This document shows positions 61,326-64,000 of a stretch of 64,000 nucleotides of DNA, one piece after another. The stretch is taken from positions 128,001-192,000 of the forward strand of contig JAYKGY010000104.1 in the NCBI GenBank assembly GCA_035285545.1. The letters run 5' to 3'. Source of the DNA: Snowella sp. (GTDB taxonomy: Bacteria; Cyanobacteriota; Cyanobacteriia; Cyanobacteriales; Microcystaceae). Each line of letters opens with the position of its first letter. The first letter of the stretch is position 1. Both the position numbers and the translations under genes were made by a program. The notes below the pieces were generated by a model that saw only the letters and a list, made by a program, of their open reading frames with translations, did no database searches and was not told the DNA's origin.

Positions 61326-62832
61326 TCTCTTTTTGTGGGTTTTGGTCATCAGGCAGATCAATAAATACCCGTTGCCCTGAATCTAATCCAGATAAGATTT
61401 GCGTTTTATCATCAACGGTTAAGCCAATGGTGACGGATTGAAATTTAGGCTCATTGTCAACGCCTGGAACCATGACCCCTTTTTTTCCCGCCAAGCTAAC
61501 AATAGCAACACTGGGCACGGTTAAGGTATTGGTTAACTCCTCACCAATAAAAGTCACATCGGCATTCATTTTGGAGCGCAGTTGGTCTTGTCCATTGATT
61601 AATCCCACCGTTACTTCAAAGGAGGTGACATTGTTTTCAATAATGGCTTCGGGGGCAATGCGAACCACTTTGCCTTGAAAGGTTTCATTCGGAAAGGCAT
61701 CTGCTACGATGGTTGCCGGTTGACCGAGTTTTAGACCAGAAATATCAACTTCAGGTACTTTCGCGACGACTTCTAAGCCTCTCGCCAGAGCTAGGATAGA
61801 CGTTGAGGTTGCAGAAGCGGTGCTGGAAGCAGAGGTTGTCGGGGTTACAAATGAGCCTGGGGTCGCGTATTTTTGGGTAATAATTCCTGCAAAGGGAGCG
61901 GTAATAATGGTGTCTTGGTATTGGATTTTAACTCGTTCTAAATCGGCTTGGGCAGCAGCAGCGGCGGCTTTAAGAGCATTGAGTTCAGATTTTGCAGTAA
62001 ATTGACGTTGTTCTAGGGCGGCAATTCTTCCTTCTAAGGCCCGTTGGGATTCGGCAACAGCAGCGCGTAATTGTTGAATTTGCTGCTCAATCTGGCTAAT
62101 TTCGGGGGAAGCTGTGTTTTTAGCCTGGTCTAATTTTTGCAGAGACTCCATTAAATTGGCTTTGGCGTTGAGGTAATCGTTGGAAACTTCGTCAAAGCGG
62201 TCTTGGGAAATGGCTCCTTCTTCAATTAAATTCTGATTGCGTTGAACCCGATTTTCAGCAAGCTGGAGTCTGGATTCAGCCGATTTTAATTGGGCACGAA
62301 TTTGATCAATATCGCCAGGAATGCGGGCTTGGGCTTCTCGGAGTCGATCTTGAGCGATCGCGAGTTGGGAGCGGGATTGGGCAACTTTGGTTTGGGCTTG
62401 ATTAACGTCGGCTTCTAACTGCTTAATTTCACTGGGAATTCGGATCTCTAATTCTTTATAACGGGCGATCGCCTCTTCAAAACGGGCTTGGGATTGCATT
62501 CCTTCGGCATAAACATCCCGATTTTCCATGACCGCTAATTTTTGCCCCCGCACTACGCGATCGCCTTGTTCGACAAACAATTCTAAAAGACGACCAGGGG
62601 TTTTGGGGCTAATGTTGACCGTTTGAATTGGTTGAATTGTTCCCGTTGCTTTAATCTCGACCTTGAGATTTTCACTCGTCGCCGGAACGGTTAGTTTGTC
62701 CAATTCAATGGAGGATTTGGGGGTGTGTACCAAACGGTAAGTGAGTCCACCCACAGCAATAACCCCCACGCCTAATAGTGCGAGCAAAAAAGGAAGAGGT
62801 CTCTTCATGTTATCTAGCAGAGGAATATGCAT
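61318..62832 (-). CDS. Efflux periplasmic adaptor subunit (MacA/HlyD family)
   Basis: N-terminal TM, VEQGDRV, long coiled coil and ITAPFAGII; likely ATG at 62832. Confidence 0.9.
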   Translation of the reverse strand: MHIPLLDNMKRPLPFLLALLGVGVIAVGGLTYRLVHTPKSSIELDKLTVPATSENLKVEIKATGTIQPIQTVNISPKTPGRLLELFVEQGDRVVRGQKLAVMENRDVYAEGMQSQARFEEAIARYKELEIRIPSEIKQLEADVNQAQTKVAQSRSQLAIAQDRLREAQARIPGDIDQIRAQLKSAESRLQLAENRVQRNQNLIEEGAISQDRFDEVSNDYLNAKANLMESLQKLDQAKNTASPEISQIEQQIQQLRAAVAESQRALEGRIAALEQRQFTAKSELNALKAAAAAAQADLERVKIQYQDTIITAPFAGIITQKYATPGSFVTPTTSASSTASATSTSILALARGLEVVAKVPEVDISGLKLGQPATIVADAFPNETFQGKVVRIAPEAIIENNVTSFEVTVGLINGQDQLRSKMNADVTFIGEELTNTLTVPSVAIVSLAGKKGVMVPGVDNEPKFQSVTIGLTVDDKTQILSGLDSGQRVFIDLPDDQNPQKESE

Positions 62833-62935
62833 AGATAATGATGACAAAGAATTTAAACAGTTGTTTCATCTATAGTAACGTTAAGATCGACGTAACGTTT
62901 TTTAAACAAGTCTTTACACGTAACATCTTTTCTGC

Positions 62936-64000
62936 ATGCTCCTTTCTGCCGACCGTTTAGAACAGTTTAAAAGCCGCTTTCAACAAAACTTACTTTTTGG
63001 CAACGAACCCACCCCAGAGTTATTCGCCATTTTGAGTGTCTATTTTGTCCAAGGAATTTTAGGACTTGCTCGATTAGCTGTTAGTTTTTTTCTCAAAGAT
63101 GAACTAGGACTGACTCCTGCCCAAATGGGAGCCTTAACGGGTATTGCGGCCCTTCCTTGGATTATTAAACCATTATTTGGCTTACTGTCGGATGGTTTAC
63201 CGATTTTTGGCTATCGTCGTCGTCCCTATTTAGTGCTATCGGGCTTTTTAGGCAGTTGTGCTTGGTTGGCGTTAGCGATCGCGGTGCATACGGTTTGGGC
63301 AGCAACATTGGCGTTATTGGTCAGTTCGCTTTCCGTTGCCGTCAGTGATGTCATTGTCGATTCCATTGTGGTAGAACGGGCCCGTAAAGAATCTTTGGGG
63401 CAGGCAGGATCATTGCAGGCATTGACCTGGGGGATTTCGGCGATCGGCGGCTTAATTACGGCCTATTTCAGCGGTTTTCTCCTAGAACGGGTCAGCGTGC
63501 AAATGGTTTTTGGCATTAACTCCCTATTTCCCCTCATCGTCATCATGGCAGCGGGCTTTATCGCAGAAGAAAAACTTAGCCCCTTTCTCTCATCAACGGA
63601 AACCACTCAAACAAAAGCCCAAATTTCCCAACTTTGGAACGCAATTAAACAAAAATCGATTTTTTTACCGACCTTATTTATTTTCTTGTGGCAAGCAACC
63701 CCTAGTGCCGATTCTGCTTTCTTTTTCTTTACAACGAATGAATTAGGCTTTGAGCCTGAATTTTTAGGCAAAGTTCGACTAGTAACCAGCTTAGCGGCTT
63801 TGGTGGGGATTGGAATTTATCAAAAATTTCTTAAAACTGTCCCTTTTCGCAAAATGCTGGGCTGGAGTACCGTTATTTCTTGCCTTCTCGGATTAACTGC
63901 CTTACTTTTGGTGACCCATACTAATCGTGCCTTGGGAATTGATGACCACTGGTTTAGTCTGGGAGATAGTTTGATCCTGACTGTGATGGGACAAATTGCC
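62936..64000 (+). CDS. Folate/biopterin transporter (BT1/FBT family), runs off the window end
   Basis: Not in the ORF track; own translation from ATG 62936: ...VYFVQGILGLARLAVSFFLKDELGL...PWIIKPLFGLLSDGLPIFGYRRRPY. Confidence 0.9.
   Translation, partial: MLLSADRLEQFKSRFQQNLLFGNEPTPELFAILSVYFVQGILGLARLAVSFFLKDELGLTPAQMGALTGIAALPWIIKPLFGLLSDGLPIFGYRRRPYLVLSGFLGSCAWLALAIAVHTVWAATLALLVSSLSVAVSDVIVDSIVVERARKESLGQAGSLQALTWGISAIGGLITAYFSGFLLERVSVQMVFGINSLFPLIVIMAAGFIAEEKLSPFLSSTETTQTKAQISQLWNAIKQKSIFLPTLFIFLWQATPSADSAFFFFTTNELGFEPEFLGKVRLVTSLAALVGIGIYQKFLKTVPFRKMLGWSTVISCLLGLTALLLVTHTNRALGIDDHWFSLGDSLILTVMGQIA

Larger units (their letters stand above)
1..64000. repeat. HIP1 octamer GCGATCGC dispersed throughout
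   Basis: Dozens of copies, e.g. 92-99, 594-601 and 2067-2074; often extended to CGCGATCGCG. Confidence 0.95.

Noticed and set aside
2092..62005. Numerous 60-125 aa ORFs overlapping larger genes (e.g. 9718, 14398, 20672, 29640, 48725)
   Set aside because: Antisense or alternate-frame shadows of well-supported genes, with no motifs of their own.
63510..63746. 78-aa ORF in the track
   Set aside because: Out-of-frame ORF inside the folate/biopterin transporter.

Overview
A 64-kb chromosomal segment of a freshwater cyanobacterium, probably unicellular and Synechocystis/Merismopediaceae-like. That placement is inferred from the very frequent HIP1 octamer GCGATCGC and genes such as Tab2, nblB, a cyanobacterial rpoZ and a cyanobacteriochrome GAF. 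Most genes are housekeeping: gmk, dacB, gor, rimM, queG, class I aldolase, ctaA/ctaB, aroK, dnaN, rpoZ, recJ, a P-type ATPase, an ABC1 kinase, a MacAB-like exporter and a folate/biopterin transporter. Several signalling genes and small accessory patches are interspersed. I found no rRNA, tRNA, CRISPR array, prophage or intact transposon, and no clearly new multi-gene system. The best leads are: an MHYT + four-Cys-PAS phosphorelay next to a Met/His-rich DUF305 gene and a decayed IS1; a REC-DXCF cyanobacteriochrome-5xPAS kinase with identical HIP1-containing 20-mers at PAS ends; DnaA boxes upstream of dnaN; a multidomain ComFB protein; a His-less pseudo-kinase; a GT1 glycosyltransferase lacking its catalytic His; inverted heptamer arrays; and a 48-bp REP-like family. 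All family assignments come from motif recognition, not database searches.
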